From Lama glama (lineage: Eukaryota): a stretch of DNA of 64,000 bases. Positions 1 to 14,358 of the stretch are shown here, one piece after another (position 1 is the stretch's first letter; the number at the start of each line of letters is the position of its first letter). The notes beneath the pieces are model-generated. The model made no database searches. It saw only the letters and a list, made by a program, of their open reading frames with translations, and was not told the origin of the DNA. Where the stretch lies: contig CM052816.1 of the NCBI GenBank assembly GCA_028534125.1, positions 72,356,001-72,420,000 of the forward strand, given 5' to 3'. Made by a program: the position numbers and the translations under genes.

Positions 1-675
1 TGCAAAATGCTCAGCAGCAGCTTTGTAAATAATATATGCTATTTCAGATCTAAAGATATATTTTCATTCTGTAATTATTTTGCATTAAAGCAAGGTAAAT
101 TGTATTAAATATGTTCTATGAGCTGTAACCCAGGATAATTCATTACATTTTGGTCCTTAAGGGACACAAAGAACAGACACCAGCAAAACCAAATAGTACA
201 CAGAGCCAGTGTCACTGAAGACCTGCTTATAACCAAAGAATCTATTAAAGACAAAGCCTTTGCCATTTCTCTTAAAACGTCTTTTGCCCCAATCATGTTT
301 ACTATGTATAGAAGTATTTGTATTAATTTTCATGTAAAGTCAGTCCTTCAGTCATATTGAAAAAAAGTCTCCTCAATGGGAAATAAGTACCTTTTGCCTT
401 TGTTAATGATGGTTACCCTACAATCTCCACCAAAAAAACCCATACTTTTCCTCCAAAAATATTGGTTTAAGGCAAGGAAATAAAACCATACACTTGCCCC
501 AATATCCATCACTCCAAACCAGATTTTTCAGTCTTATTCCAGTCATCTCCACTGTTTTTACACCAGGCTAAAGTGATTATTAGTCTTTATAAAGAACATT
601 TTTTTTTAAAGCCACTGGTTTTGGCTGTCTTGAGTTACAGCAAGTGTTGACATTGCAGGATACAGGTCCACACAG

Positions 676-740
676 TCACAGGTGAGCACTGTTACAGAAC
701 GTGCTTCTGTAGTTCATGGTTTCCTGGTGTCCATGGCTGG
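676..740 (-). pseudogene. Possible terminal coding exon remnant: ASHGHQETMNYRSTFCNSAHL*
   Basis: tttag| acceptor; phase matches the 998-1137 exon; ends in TGA. Confidence 0.3.
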
Positions 741-997
741 CTAAATATCTAAAAATGCATTATTAGTGCTTTATAATACTAATGCTTTTGTCTGAAATCA
801 AGAAGTACTAAAGTACTAAGGTACAAAAATAGAATACTTTGTTTCTATTGCATATATAACTGAATTATTTTATAAAAATCACTGTAACCAAACCCAGTGG
901 AATCTGAATAGACAGGAAAAGTTGTCAATGGCTCTGAATGGTAATATATTAATATCATATAGCACAATACTAGGTTAGGTTGAATATTGTGTGAAAC

Positions 998-1137
998 CTG
1001 CTGGGGATCCTTGGTGCTGGTGAGTCCACGGTCCCCCTGCTTGTGGTGCAGCAGAGTAAAGAACAGCCATAGACAAAGAGGGAAGAGTTGGGGATGGTGG
1101 CAAAGAACCCACAGTCTTGGTGACTAGGGGATTAAAG
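998..1137 (-). pseudogene. Exon remnant, 140 nt: FNPLVTKTVGSLPPSPTLPSLSMAVLYSAAPQAGGPWTHQHQGSPA
   Basis: cttctctttttccag| acceptor, weak CAG|gtttca donor; open frame; GC-rich relative to its flanks. Confidence 0.55.
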
Positions 1138-1380
1138 CTGGAAAAAGAGAAGTTCAGTTGTTTGGAAAAAAATATAGAAATTTATACATTGTTCTGGCTG
1201 AGAAAATTATAATAAAATTCTAGTAGTGAAAATTATACCTTATAGGGCATCTTAACTAATGTTAAAAATATTACTGGTCTGAATAAAGTGTGACTTGGAA
1301 GCTACTCATTATTTGGTTGCAACAGTGTTTTGTGTAAAGCATGTTAATTATACACCCAGGTTTTTTTTGTTTATTAAGTT

Positions 1381-1500
1381 ATTTTTTGAGGGGAGGGAGG
1401 TAATTAGGTTTATTTACTTATTTAATGAAGATACTGGAGGTTGAACCCAGGACCTTGTGCATGCTAAGCACGTGCTCTACCACTGAGCTATATGCTCCCC
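1381..1500 (-). mobile_element. tRNA-derived SINE (camelid Vic-1-like)
   Basis: Reverse complement has tagctcagtggtagagc (A box) and gggttcaa (B box), with an A-rich tail. Confidence 0.85.
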
Positions 1501-4049
1501 TCCTAAGTTCTGCTGAATAGACTACATCCTTTAAGTAATGGCAGATTTCATCTTATTCTTGTCTCAGAGCCATAAGCCATGGATTTGTTTTGGTTTAATT
1601 AATTATTAATATGGTAAAGTGATCTCGTGTGGTATCTATATGATGGCAGACAACCAATCAGTTTACTTAATTAATCTAAACAATTTGAATTCAGTGCAAA
1701 ATTAGTCAGATATTCTATATTAACTAAGTCCAATACAAAACAGTATACTTGTGACTGGATATATACAAAACCAGAAACAATATGTAGCTCATATGCAGTA
1801 TGCATTCTTCTGTTTTGCTACCACTATTTAGGCTAAAATAGTTTTCAAGCAAGAAAAATTGCTGCCCTAAGGTAAAATAATCTAAAATACTTATTTAGTA
1901 AATTGAATTTTTAAGTGTCAGTGCTTGCTACTTTTCCTAGCAAAGACAATTCACTTTCAGTAACTTTAAGCAGAAAAAATACTCAAGAAATTAAAGTTGA
2001 ATTTTGGCTTTTCAGAGTCTCTCTGGAGGACTTCCAAACAATTACTTCACCACTGTTAGATTAAAAATGGAATGCTTTCATTAACTAACCTTATGGAGAT
2101 GAGTGGATTAACTAAAAACTGACCAATTGTAAATTGACTGAAAATACTAAGCAGGCAGAAAAGCTGAAGTAGGAAAATTACTCCATGTTCATGTATTAGA
2201 TCCCTTGGGAAATTCTATTAATCTTTTAGCTAACAGGGTTTTGCAGCATAATAAAGAGCTTTAATGATGTCTTAAAATTCCCAGATATTTTCATACTCAG
2301 TTTATGCTCTAATGTAAATCTTCTCTTGGTAGCCTCTCTCTTTTTCCTCAGGAAACCTAGAACTCATTGTGCTATTTTTTTCTCCTCTGTGAACTAATAC
2401 GTATTCATGAATCTCTGTTCCTTTGGCCTTCTTAGTAGCTCATTAATCCACCCATCACCTCCCCACCCCATTCTCACCAGCTGCACTAGCTCAGGTCTTG
2501 ATTTTCCTACCTCAGTCTCTATGTTAATCCATTTTTTTGGACTGCTGCTGGGCTGTATTTCTAAAACACAAATCTTACTATGGAACTTAATGTGGCAGCG
2601 TCCATGCCAAAACTCTACAGGCTCATCTTTGCTATATCTTAATATTGCAGTTGTCCAAATTCTTAATCTTTCTCCACTGTCTTGATTTAGCTTTGACATA
2701 GAGAGATTCTGTGCAGAATGCTGTCCCCTGAGTTCACTGAACTCAAGTTTAGCTTTTAAGACTTTAATCTGATGTTACTTTCTGGGAGATCCCTCATACC
2801 CAGTTGGGTGTGTACCATCTCATATGTGCAAATAATTCACATTTCTTTGTGCTTATTACCCTGTATTATAAATATGCATGTATATATCTCTGGATTCTGC
2901 TTTTATTTCTTTGACCCATACCTACCACAGAGAGGGTACATTGGAGATGTGCTGAATGGATAAATGTATATGTAAAAGTCAAATTTTGTAAATTTATACT
3001 TATTTTTAGAATAACAATCTTAATTGTGACATCAAAATTGAAACAAAATATTTTAACAGAGATAAGCAAGCCTTTATCACTTCAGTGTTTGCTTCTATTT
3101 CTTTGAAAAACATATAGCCAACAGAATAAAAAGTCTTGTCAGATTTTTATAATGTGTAATAATGTAGTGAGCAAAGGGAGTTCTGATTCCTAAGCTCTTA
3201 TACAGGGTATGTTGCTTTCAACTTATTTAAATTCCTGTTATCCTTTATTTCTCATGAGCAGTGCAAATGTTACTCTTATTTTTATCCTTTATTTTAACAA
3301 GATAATGTACTCACTTTATATATGTAAAGAATTTTAGCAGTTGTAGTTCTTTGCATGGTGTTGTAGTGAGTGTTGATATTAGTGTCCACTCCATTAAATT
3401 TCTCATTCCTCCTCCCCACCAATACCTCATAGTACCGTAGAATATCTCAGAATCCAATTCAAAAAGTTATCTTAAACCTTTTTTTAGAAAGCTTTTGTTT
3501 AGTTTTGATCACTGAAAGCTTATCTTTAATCAAATTCATCAAAAGAAAAAAAGTCAGTTTTGCTCACAAATTCCCTGGTTCTTCATCTTTGAGGCATTTA
3601 AATAGATTTATGCAAAATTATTTACTGAATAGCTACTTCTTTATAGAAGGTGAATCTTATCTAACTGAACCAATTATGCAATGAATTAGGGACTTCTCAT
3701 TAGCATTTTTAGGTAGAGCAGGTGCAAGTGTGTGTTCCAGTATTAATTAAAAGGCACACTGACCTATTATAGCTTGCTCTAAGTTAACATTTATTGAATG
3801 AATGAAAAACAGGTGAATGACTCAATTATTCTGGAATCTTAAATTTACATATTTATGTAATATCTACTTTGACTTTAATTAATTGAATGTATTACTCTAG
3901 TATAGATAAAAATAAAACTGGAACTATCTGTGTGCATTTCTTGCACATGATAGTTAGGAATGTATCTGCAGTATATCTAGAAGTTCAGTTACATGTTCAG
4001 TTTACCAACTGAGTTTTTTATTGAGGGTATATCAAATTATTAAATAGTA

Positions 4050-4280
4050 GTAATTCACATTTGCTGAGTGCTTAGCATGTGGCAGGCACTCTGCTGATTG
4101 CTTTGGAATGCGTTATCTCATTTAATTCCTGTATCATCTTATTCTATAGGAACTTTTATTATCATCTACTTTTTTATAGATGAGGAAACTAAAGCTTGAG
4201 AGATTAAGTGTTTGGAGCTAGGCCTGAAATCCAAGCAGTCCTCCTCGGGAGTCTAGGTTTAATGACTACATTGAATAGCT
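4050..4280 (+). mobile_element. MIR relic
   Basis: Core text tttatagatgaggaaactaaagcttgagagattaag. Confidence 0.7.
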
Positions 4281-6547
4281 TTGGCCTGCTACTTAGGTAC
4301 TTCTTAGAAAAATAAGACTATTATCTATTAGCTATCTTTTTTTTTTCCTTAAAATTTCATTCCTTTAGATCGTCAGTTAAATAATAAGTTCCATAATTTT
4401 ATTCTTAAGGCTTAGGGTAACTATGCTATGGCCTCCTTGTGTCCCTGCAGTGGTGCTGGGGAATCAATATACTTTCGTTTGTCTGGAGAGTCTTTATTTT
4501 TTCTCCTAATTTAACTTCTCAATAACTAGTGTAACCATAAAATTTATCATCCAAACACTGAGAATGAAGGAAGGTCCTATTTATGATTTTACAAGGACAG
4601 ACAGAAGACAGACTGTAAGTCACATTTTTAGCCTGCAGGTAGGGGCTAAGTACTTTATGGATGTTCTAGTCTAGGCACAGCAGTAACATCTGCAACTCTG
4701 AATAATAAACAGAAATTCACTTTCAAGTAAAGAACCAAGTTTAGCAAATGCCAGGTGAGTTTCCCTACGGAGATGTGCCTATAATGAGACAATTTAGTAA
4801 GCTTAAAGATTTATTACTTTCCAAAAGAAATATGATTAAGATTTACTAGCACTCAAAAGTGTGATTCACAAGTTGTAAGAGAAGCTAGGAAAGAAAGTCC
4901 TATTTTTGGTGGCCTGTTAAATGACCTGGACAATTCTTTGGACCTGCTTATCTTCATGACTAATGTGTCATAATGATGATATCAGTGTGATTCTCCATAA
5001 ATCAGGAATGCCTGATTATACCTTTATAATAAATTTTACTGACTAAATCAGTGAAGATCACTCATGACTCATATTGTCAAAATTACTTTTAATCACATGA
5101 TTAACCTGTAACATCTATATTTCTTCCTTTCTCATTTCCCAAATGGGAGAATGCTAGGGAAATTTGTTCAGGGTATTGGTTAAAATCTATGTATTATTTT
5201 GATGTGTTATCTTTTATGTTATGTTTCATGTTTTATTCATAAAAATTGATTTTGCTATTTAATTTGTAATTTACTTCAGAAAATAGCACAAATTCTTATT
5301 TTTCTAAAGTTTATTTGATAAACAAATGAAAATGATAGACTTATTATGTATGTAATTAACTATAATGCTACTTAATGCTACAAAAATATCATAAAATATG
5401 ATTATATGAATTGCTTTTGTATCTCTTAAATCAGAAATTTGACCATAAACTTTGCTTTTTTTTTAAATCAAGGACATAAATGGATTTATTATGACATATT
5501 TCCTAATAATTATGTTTTCTTTTTTAGCATGTGTCTAAATTCTCATTAATGCCTTTCTGTTATTATATAAATAGCACAGAAATGTTTGTATCAGAATGTT
5601 TAAATTTTTTGTTGCATTAACTCAAAGGATATGCCTAATATGCAATTAAATTCAATAAAATGTACTCTGAATTAAAAATTTAAGTATTAGAAAATATATT
5701 TTCAATGTAAAAATTTTGATAATCACTTAAATGTGAATTTAAAGGCACTAGATAAGAGAAAACACTGAGTTTTTTTCTTTGATTATACTCACTGGAAATT
5801 CAAGTTTTGTAAAACAATTCATGCTTCTCAAGCCCCCCAAAACATGTGCCTAGAGCTGGGGTTCTGTATTTTGACACATCAAATAGGTAGTTTGAAAGGA
5901 GTTTTTAAAACCAAGATATATTTGAAAAATTTAATGGCCTTAACATAAACTGACATTTAAGATGAAATTAATGTAGAGAACATATTTACTTATTGTCCTG
6001 GGTAAATTTTTTTCAGTTTTGCAGTGTCATTTTCAACTGATTTAACAAAAATAGTTATAAAATATTTCAAAATTTGAATTCTATAATAATGTCTACTGCT
6101 ACAAGAGAGAATCAATATCCCAAATAGAGCATTTTAATGTTCCAGTCAAGGAAAAAAGAAAAAATATTAGGGAAGATAATAGCATATTTCACTATGTATA
6201 TTATACTTGACTCTGACCTCAATTGAAATAATTATCTATAAATTAAAATGATTAATGGCTAATATAGAAGTGTTTGTGTTGTAAAACATGTGAGGCCAAT
6301 TTGAAGGGAGTAATTGTTTTCGGGCGGTGACTGGATTTAAAATACAGTGCTTGGGGAGATCCACATCTGGAAAGATGGAGTAGACATATTTTCCCCTATC
6401 CTCCCCCCACCTAAGTATAGCTAATAACCTTGGCCTTACTAAACAAACAGTAACAGATTCTGAAAGGTGAAAAGTAGAATGCAGACCAACTAGGAACTTT
6501 GGGACACAGGGTATGACACACCAATGAAATTATTGATTTTTCTTTTT

Positions 6548-6676
6548 AAGTTTTTTTGTGGGGTGGAGGTAATTAGCTTTTTATTTATTTATTTTAAATG
6601 GAGGTACTGGGGATTGGACCCAGGACCTCATGCATGCTAAGCATGCAGTCTACCACTGAGCTATACCATCCCCCAC
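6548..6676 (-). mobile_element. tRNA-derived SINE (Vic-1-like) inserted in an old L1
   Basis: A/B boxes; 14-bp TSD TGATTTTTCTTTTT at 6534-6547 and 6677-6690. Confidence 0.9.
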
Positions 6677-9600
6677 TGATTTTTCTTTTTCCTCATATAT
6701 CCCAGATTAGGTGCTGGAGGAGCCAACAGCCTGGACATACCAGTGGGTTCAGATACAGAAAGCTCCTTTCTCTTTGGCCAAAGAACCAGGAAAGGAAAAA
6801 TCTAGCAAGGCAGAAAAACATTTAGACAATAACTATTCTACTCTTAACAAACACCACCACTGTGGCCCCACCCTACAACCAGCAGCAAAGGTTTAGTGGG
6901 GAGCTGAGACCTTTACCCAACTGGTGGTAATGAGGCACCCCTCCCATTCCTAGCAGAAATCTGAATTCCCACTTTCATCCTGGAAGTACAAGGTACCCCT
7001 CCTTCCCTGAATGTCAGTGGAGGCAAAATAAAGAAACTGTATTTCCAGCTCTGACAGTAACCAGCTGAAGTACCCTTTTCCCACTAAAGGGTCTCATAAT
7101 ACCTAAAACACCCAGGTTTCAATAAAAATCTCACTTGTTATACCATAAATCATGAAAATATCTACTTGAGTAAGAAAAAAACAATCAACAGGTGCCAATA
7201 TTAAGATGAAAACAGAATTATCTGATGATGATTTTAAAGCAGCCATCATCAAAATGCTTCAAAAGTGCAATTATGAACCAATGAAAAAACAGAAAGCAAA
7301 TAAACAGAAAGTATCAGAAAATAAATAGAAGAGATAATGAAGAACCAAATAGAAATTTTAGATCTGAAGAATAAAATAACTGAAATAAAAAAAACTCAAC
7401 AGATAACCTTAACAGCAGGATGGAGACGTTAGAACAAATCAGTGATACTGAAGACAACAATAGAAATTGCTGAGACAACATAGATAATCTAGACTAAAAA
7501 ACATGGTCAGAGCCTCAGGGACCTGTGGGATAACAACAAAAGATAAACATTTGTGTCACTGGAGTCCCAGAAGGAGAAGAGAAATGGTAGTGCTAAAGAA
7601 GTACTTCAAGAAATAATGGCTGAAACTTTCTCCAAACTGGCAAGTGACATAAACCTACAAATTCAAGAAACTGGGCAAGCAATAAACCATAAAACCAAAG
7701 AAATCTATGCCAAGACACTGTAATCAAAGTTGTGAAAAGTAAAAATAATCTTAAAGTAATATTAAAAGCAGCAATACAGAAACATCGGATGGGGAAAAAA
7801 AGCAAAAAACAAATTGAATGACAGTGGATTCCTTATTAAAAACCATCAAGGTCAGAAAGAAGTGTCACAGCATTTTTCAAATGTTCAAAGTACTGTAAAT
7901 ACAGAGTTCCATATGTAGTGAAATGATCCTTACATAATGAAATGGAAATCAAGACATTCTCAATGAGGGACAACTAAGAAACTTTCTCACCAGCAGACTT
8001 ACCATAAAAGAATGGCTAAAGTAAGTTCTCTAAAGAGAAAAGCAATAATAAAAGAAGAAATTTTGGAACATCATGAAGAGAGAAAAACACAATGGAAAGA
8101 GTGAAAACATCAATCAATACTATAGACTTTCTTATCTTTATTTTTCTCTATTATGTTTGTTAAAGCACAAATTACATTGTCTGAACTAGTTGCCAATGTA
8201 AAGGAAATATTTACTATACTTACATTATAAATGGGGTTGTAAAGGGACATAAAAGGAAATAAGGTTTCCACACTTAACTCAAACTGGCAAAATGCTGACA
8301 TCAGTAAATTCTAATAAATTATGTATTATAATATGATACCTAGAGCAACCACTAACAAAGATATACAAAGCTATGCATTAAAGTCATCATAGATAAATCA
8401 AAATGGAATTTTAAAAAATATTCCAGTAACCCGTAGGAATGCAAGAAAAAGAAAACAGAGAATGAAAAAACAGTAAAGTAAAAGGATAAAAATATATGCC
8501 ATATACACTTCAATCAAAAGAAAGTTGGAGTGGAGACTACCACTATTGAATAAAGTGGCTGTCAGAGCAAAGATAATTACCAGGAACAGAAAGGGCCAAT
8601 CCGTAATAATGAAAGAATCAACCCACCAAGAAAATATAGACCAAACAACAGATTTGCAAAATATTTGAATCAAAAGTAATAGAAATGAAAGAAGAAATAG
8701 ACAAACTCTCAGTTATGGAGACTTCAACATCCTTCTCTCAACAACTGATAGAAATAGACAGGAAAATAGCTAGTATATAAAATAACACCACCATTAACAA
8801 ATAGTATCTAATTTATATGTACAGAACACTAACACAAAACAGCAGAATATGTGCCCATGGGGCATATACCAAGATAGATCATATTTTGGATAGCACAAAC
8901 ATCAACAAATTAAAAAAAATTGAAATCAGTATGTTTTTTGATCAAAATGGAATCAAACTAGAAATCAGTAACAGAAAGCAAACAGGAAATCTCTGTACTT
9001 GGAAGTTAAACAACACACATATAAATAACCCAGGAGTCAAAGAGGAAATCTCAAGGGAAATTTTAAAATTACATTGAACAGAAAGAAAATGAAAATACAC
9101 ACCAAAATGATGAGGATGACATCATAACATTAAATTCTTATGTTAAAAAGAGACGTCTTGAATCAATCAAAGCTCTCACCCCAAGAACCTAGAAAAAGAA
9201 GAAAAAATAAATCCAAAGCAAGCAGAAGAGAAAGAGTTTATATGTATGAGAACAGAAATCAATGAAATTGAAAATAAAAACAATAGAAAAAAATCAAGGA
9301 AACAAAATTCTGGTTCTTTGAAATGGTTAATAATATTGACAAACCTGAAGCAAGACTACAAAGAAAAAAGAGAGAAGACACAAATTACCATTATCAGGAG
9401 TGAAACAAGGCCTTATCATTATAGACCCTGCAGACATTTAAAAAGATAATAAGGAAACAGTACAAACAACTCTACACACATAAATCTGACAATTTAGATG
9501 GAACAAACTACAAAATTACCACACAAACTACCACAAATCACACAATGTAAAAAAGAAAACTGAATAGCTCTACAACTATTAGGGAAATTAAATTCATAAT

Positions 9601-10157
9601 TGAAAAATTATCTAAAAAGAAATTTCCAGGCCCAGATGATTTCACTGGAGAATATTACCAAACATTTAAAGAGGAAGTACATCCATTCTTCACAATTTCT
9701 TCCAGAAAATAAAAGAGGAAGGAACATTTCCCAGTGATTTTTATGAAATCAGTGTTACTGTTCCACTAAAACCAGGCAGTACAAAAAAGAAAACTACAGA
9801 CCAATATCCCTTGTGAATACAGAGCAAAAATCCTTAACAAAATATTAGCAAATGGAATTTAGCAATATATAAAAACACTTATACACCATGACCAAGTGGA
9901 GTTTATTCCAGGGATGTAAAACTGGCTCAATATTTGAAAATCAATCATTAGCTACCATTGAAAACTACCATATTATCAGTGTAAAGGAGATAAATCACAA
10001 TATCAGCAATTGATGCAAAATAAGCCTTTGACAGAATTCAACACTCAATCATGATAAATATTCAGAACCCTGGGAACAGAGGGCAACATCCTCTACTTAA
10101 TGAAGATAACACAATAATCCAATAGCTAACATCATACTTAATGGTGAAAGTGGAATG

Positions 10158-10300
10158 CTTTTTTTTTAATGAGGGGGAGGTAACTGGGTTTATTTATTTG
10201 TTTGTTTATTTATTTATATTTGGAGGAGGTACTGGAGATTGAAACTAGGACCTTGTTCATGCTAAGCATGCTCTCTACCACTTGAGCTCTACTCTCCCCC
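10158..10300 (-). mobile_element. tRNA-derived SINE (Vic-1-like) inside an L1 ORF2 remnant
   Basis: Same family sequence as the other three copies. Confidence 0.85.
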
Positions 10301-11735
10301 CATGTTTTCTTTTTTAAGATTGGGAATAATGCAGTAGTGTCTCCTATTCCCACTGCTATTCAACATATTATAGGAAGTTTCAGGAAGCTCAATAAGGTGA
10401 GAAAAGGAAATAAAAGACATACAGATTGGAAAGGAAAATATAAAAATCTGTACCTATTTGCAGATGACATGATGGCTTACATAAAAAATTCTAAGAAAAA
10501 ACCCCAAAACTCATACAACTGATACTTACTGATACTTGACAGTTCAGTAATATCTTCAGATCCAAGTAAAACATACACATATTCATTGCATTTCTGTATA
10601 CAAGCAATGACCACCTAGAAACTGGAAGTTAAGAACACACCATGTATAATCTCTAAAAATAAAAGAGACTACACACTTAGGTATGAATCTAATAAGGATT
10701 CCTATGCTGAAATCCATAAAACACTGAAGACAGAAACCAAAGAAGATCTAAATAAATAGACATCTGGTGTTCATGGATTGGAAGAATCAACAAAGCAGAG
10801 ATGTCAGTACTCCCCAGAATGATATGCAGATTTAATTATTATAATCCAGGAAGACTTTTCTAAAGATAATTGTTGAATATTGTTGATATTATTCACCTTT
10901 AAAAGAGAAGTAAATCCTGTTACATGCTACAACATGAATGAAACTTGAGGACATTATGCAAAGTGGAATAAGCCAGTCACAAAAAGACAAACACTGTATG
11001 ATTTCACTTCTATGAGGTATCCAAATTTGTCAAATCCACAGAAACAAAGGAGAATGTTGGTTAGCACTGGCTGGGGAGGAGGGGGATTAAAGAAGTTGTT
11101 ATTTAGTGGCTTTAGAGTTTTAATCTTGCAAGATGAAGAAGTTTGGGAAACTGTTTAACAACAATGTGAATATAATGCTACTGAATTGTACACTTAAAAG
11201 TGGTTTAAGATGGTAAATTTTATGTACTTTTAAAAAACCACAATAATAAATTAACAATAGGATTAAAAAATAACTTATGAATTCTTTAGCAGAAAAATAA
11301 GAGAAAATCTTTGTCTAGGGCTTGGTGAAGAGTATAGAGGAATGATATCAAAAGAGCAATCCAAGAAGAAAAAAAATGGTAAACTATAATCAATCAAAAT
11401 TTTAAACTTTTACTCTGCAAAAGATATTCCAAGAGGATGAAAATATAAACTACACTCTGGGTTAAAATATTTGCAAGTCACATATCTGACAAAGGACTCA
11501 TATTTAGACTATATAAATAAAGAACTCTCAAAACTCAATGTGCACTGAGCTGACTTGAGAAAGAATGTTGCCAAATGAATGAATTATGACACCGCTGAAT
11601 TTTTGCAAAATTCTGGGAGCTATGGCAAAATGTGATTTAAATCATTGAGATCATAAATAAGAATTTACATGTTCATTTTCCATCAATTTTCCTTTTAAAC
11701 CACAAATAATAGAATGTGGTAGTTTACTAAGTTAT

Positions 11736-12366
11736 TTTTTTCCTGATTTTCTAGTTCTTTTATTTATTTATTTATTTATTTTAAAATATATTTTTATTGA
11801 AGTATAGTCAGTTTACAATGTTGCATCAATTTCTGGTGTACAGCACAATACTTCATACAGGAACATACATATATTCATTTTCATATTCTTTTTCACCATA
11901 AGTTACTACAGGATACTGAATATAGTTCCCTGTGCTATACAGTATAAACTTATTGTTTATCTGTTTTATATATCTTAGTTAGTATCCGCAAATCTCGAAC
12001 TCCCAATTTATCCCTTCCCATCCCCTCTCCCCCCGGTAATCATGTTGTTTTCTATGTCTGTGAGTCTGTTTCTGTTTCGCAAATAAGTTTGTTTGCCTTT
12101 TTTTTTTTTTAAGATTCCACATATAAGTGGAATCTTAAAATACCATATGATATTTTTCTTTCTCTTTCTGGCTTACTTCACTTAGAATGACATTCTCCAG
12201 GTCCATCCATGTTGCTGCAAATGGCATTATTATTTTTTATAGCTGAGTAGTATTCCACTGTATAAATATACCACAATTTCTTTATCCAGTCTTCTGTCAG
12301 TGGACATTTAGGTTGTTTCCATGACTTGGCTACTGTAAATAATGCTGCTATGAACATTGGGGTACC
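11736..12366 (-). mobile_element. 5'-truncated younger L1 3' end
   Basis: L1 3' UTR with a T-rich tail; 15-bp TSD AGTTTACTAAGTTAT at 11721-11735 and 12367-12381. Confidence 0.9.
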
Positions 12367-12827
12367 AGTTTACTAAGTTATATCTGGCAAAACTGTTGCT
12401 AACCAGAATCTGGTGAGAGAGAAAGCTGGGCATCAGCCAGAACTTTGCTTTAGTTTCAGAAATCCCAAGAATTTACACATAAGGAAGGAAGTTAAGGCAT
12501 TTAACAGAAATCACAATTTGAAGCCAATTTGCTGTCTTGGAATCAGGTCACAAGTGGGCTGAGAGGAAAGCATCCCTTTACTCCCATGCCTCTTCCCAGG
12601 CTTTTCACCCTAAATCCTAGCTTTGTGTCTTGAAGGATAGAATAGGAATTGCAGGAATGTGAAAATTAAATTCTTGAATTTAAATTGTACAGAGCACTCT
12701 TTTCACATCCTCTTCTATGACAATACCAAGACCATTTTGCAGCAAGTATTAACTGAAATTTTTGTTGCTCATTTTTTAGTGCATGTTTGTAAAAGGCCCT
12801 TAGCACCACTTAAGATTCAGTTAACAT

Positions 12828-13400
12828 TGTAATGATGTGGGAGCCCATGATTGGGTTAACAAATTGTAACAGATCCCAGCCACTTATCTCCTTAAAGAAG
12901 ATATGCTTAGTAACTGCCTTGAGGATTTAGCAATGACCCAGGCCCCCAGCTATAAACGCTGGGGCGTGCCTGCGGTTAGTCTTCTATCCCCAAAACAGCC
13001 TTGGGCTGGAATAGTAAAAAGCTGCAGACTCAGAGGTGAGAAGGCTGGCTAGCCAATGACGGGTAAGATCCCCTGAGGGGGGCAACCTAAGACAGGCACA
13101 GCCACCTGAGTTCAAGTTGTTAAGCAGCTGATTCTCATATGTTCCGCCCTGGTAAGCTGAAAGGCTCAACACGATTACGATTCACCAAAAAGGGTCTTCT
13201 GACCTTGAGCCAAAGACCAACAATAAACAAAGCCTTTGTACTCATTGTGATCCCACCCTGTCCTTCCCTAAATTCCTGCTTCTACTGTACTCAGTAAACA
13301 TGAGAGATTTGAGAGGCTCAACTCCCTCTCGCTCTCTTGACTTTCCCAGAGTCTTGAAAAAACTCCATCTGGATAGGACTTCTGCTGGCCAGAACCCACA
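12828..13400 (+). mobile_element. Solo ERV LTR (ERV1-like)
   Basis: TGT start, TATAAA at 12951, AATAAA at 13222, CA end near 13400; right boundary and TSD unresolved. Confidence 0.7.
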
Positions 13401-13843
13401 ACTGGTGACAAACCCACATAATGACAGATATTTCATATATGTTATTTCATTCATATCATGAGAATGACTGTAAATGCTATTAGAAAGGCTCGTGCCTTCC
13501 ACAAACAATTACTGAGGGATTACTTTTCTCAACTGTGTGCTAGCCACTGGGAACACATAGATGAAAGAAACAGGTCCTCAAGAATTTACAGGCTCGTGCT
13601 AGGTGAGAAAAAAAAACAAGCAGCAATTTTCAGTACAATGTGAAAAATACTTTACTCTTTGCTGAATACTTTCTAGACTAAAAACAGAAAAGAACATACA
13701 AAAGACATCTTAGCTAGGCAGCCTTCATTAAAATGGAATGACCTTCTGACAGGATTTAGTGCAGAAATGAACACCTTCTCAAAAATTTTCAATTTTAACA
13801 ATTCCTGACAGTTTTACAGTCTGGACTCTTATACACCAGGTAC

Positions 13844-14087
13844 CTCTGGCTTGTCCCTCCAGTTGCCTTCTCAGTCTATGATGCTGTTGCCTCAGCTACA
13901 CTGCCTGAGTTAATTGCCACTAATTTGGGCACAGCCCTACTCAGGGTGAGACTGGCACCCTGAATTTGGGAAGAGGCCTCTGCTTTCTCTCTGACTGCTT
14001 CATTCTAAGATATGGAAGAGTTCCTTTCTCTTTATTCATCAAGACATAGAGAACATTTGTCCAGATGTTACTGAAGACTTGACCATA
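13844..14087 (-). pseudogene. Exon remnant, Ser/Ala/Glu-rich (..NEAVREKAEASSQIQGASLTLSRAVPKLVAINSGSVAEATAS*TEKATGGTSQ)
   Basis: tttctttctag| acceptor after a 74-nt intron; donor uncertain (GAG|gtacct). Confidence 0.45.
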
Positions 14088-14161
14088 CTAGAAAGAAATA
14101 CAGCATAGAAAATAATTTATAATTATTCCATGGCTGCAGCCCTATACTACAGAGTTCTTAC

Positions 14162-14358
14162 CCGGCTTCATTCCTGTTTAAATCCAGCCTGTCTTCAGCA
14201 ATAGGAGAAATAAATCCCAGTGTCTCTCTCAGAGCCTGGGCCACACGTCAAGAAGATCAAAGCCTTTCACACTTCTCAGGCTGTGGTGCACCTCTGGAGG
14301 TTCATTTTCTTCCCTAGAACTGATGTCTTTCCAGTATGACTGACTGTAGGATAATCCA
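14162..14358 (-). pseudogene. Exon remnant, ~180-197 nt; all frames interrupted
   Basis: ttttctctcag| (or cctacag|) acceptor, CGG|gtaaga donor. Confidence 0.5.

Larger units (their letters stand above)
6355..11540 (+). mobile_element. Old degraded L1 (5' region, ORF1, ORF2 remnants) with a nested L1MB-type 3' end at ~10880-11250
   Basis: ORF fragments with L1 ORF2 motifs (TKIDHIL, DQNGIKLEI, WKLNN, LFADDM). Confidence 0.9.

Noticed and set aside
8817..10522. Endonuclease/RT-like ORFs (also 24684-24962, 42168-42452, 49935-50171)
   Set aside because: Fragments of degraded L1 ORF2, not host genes.
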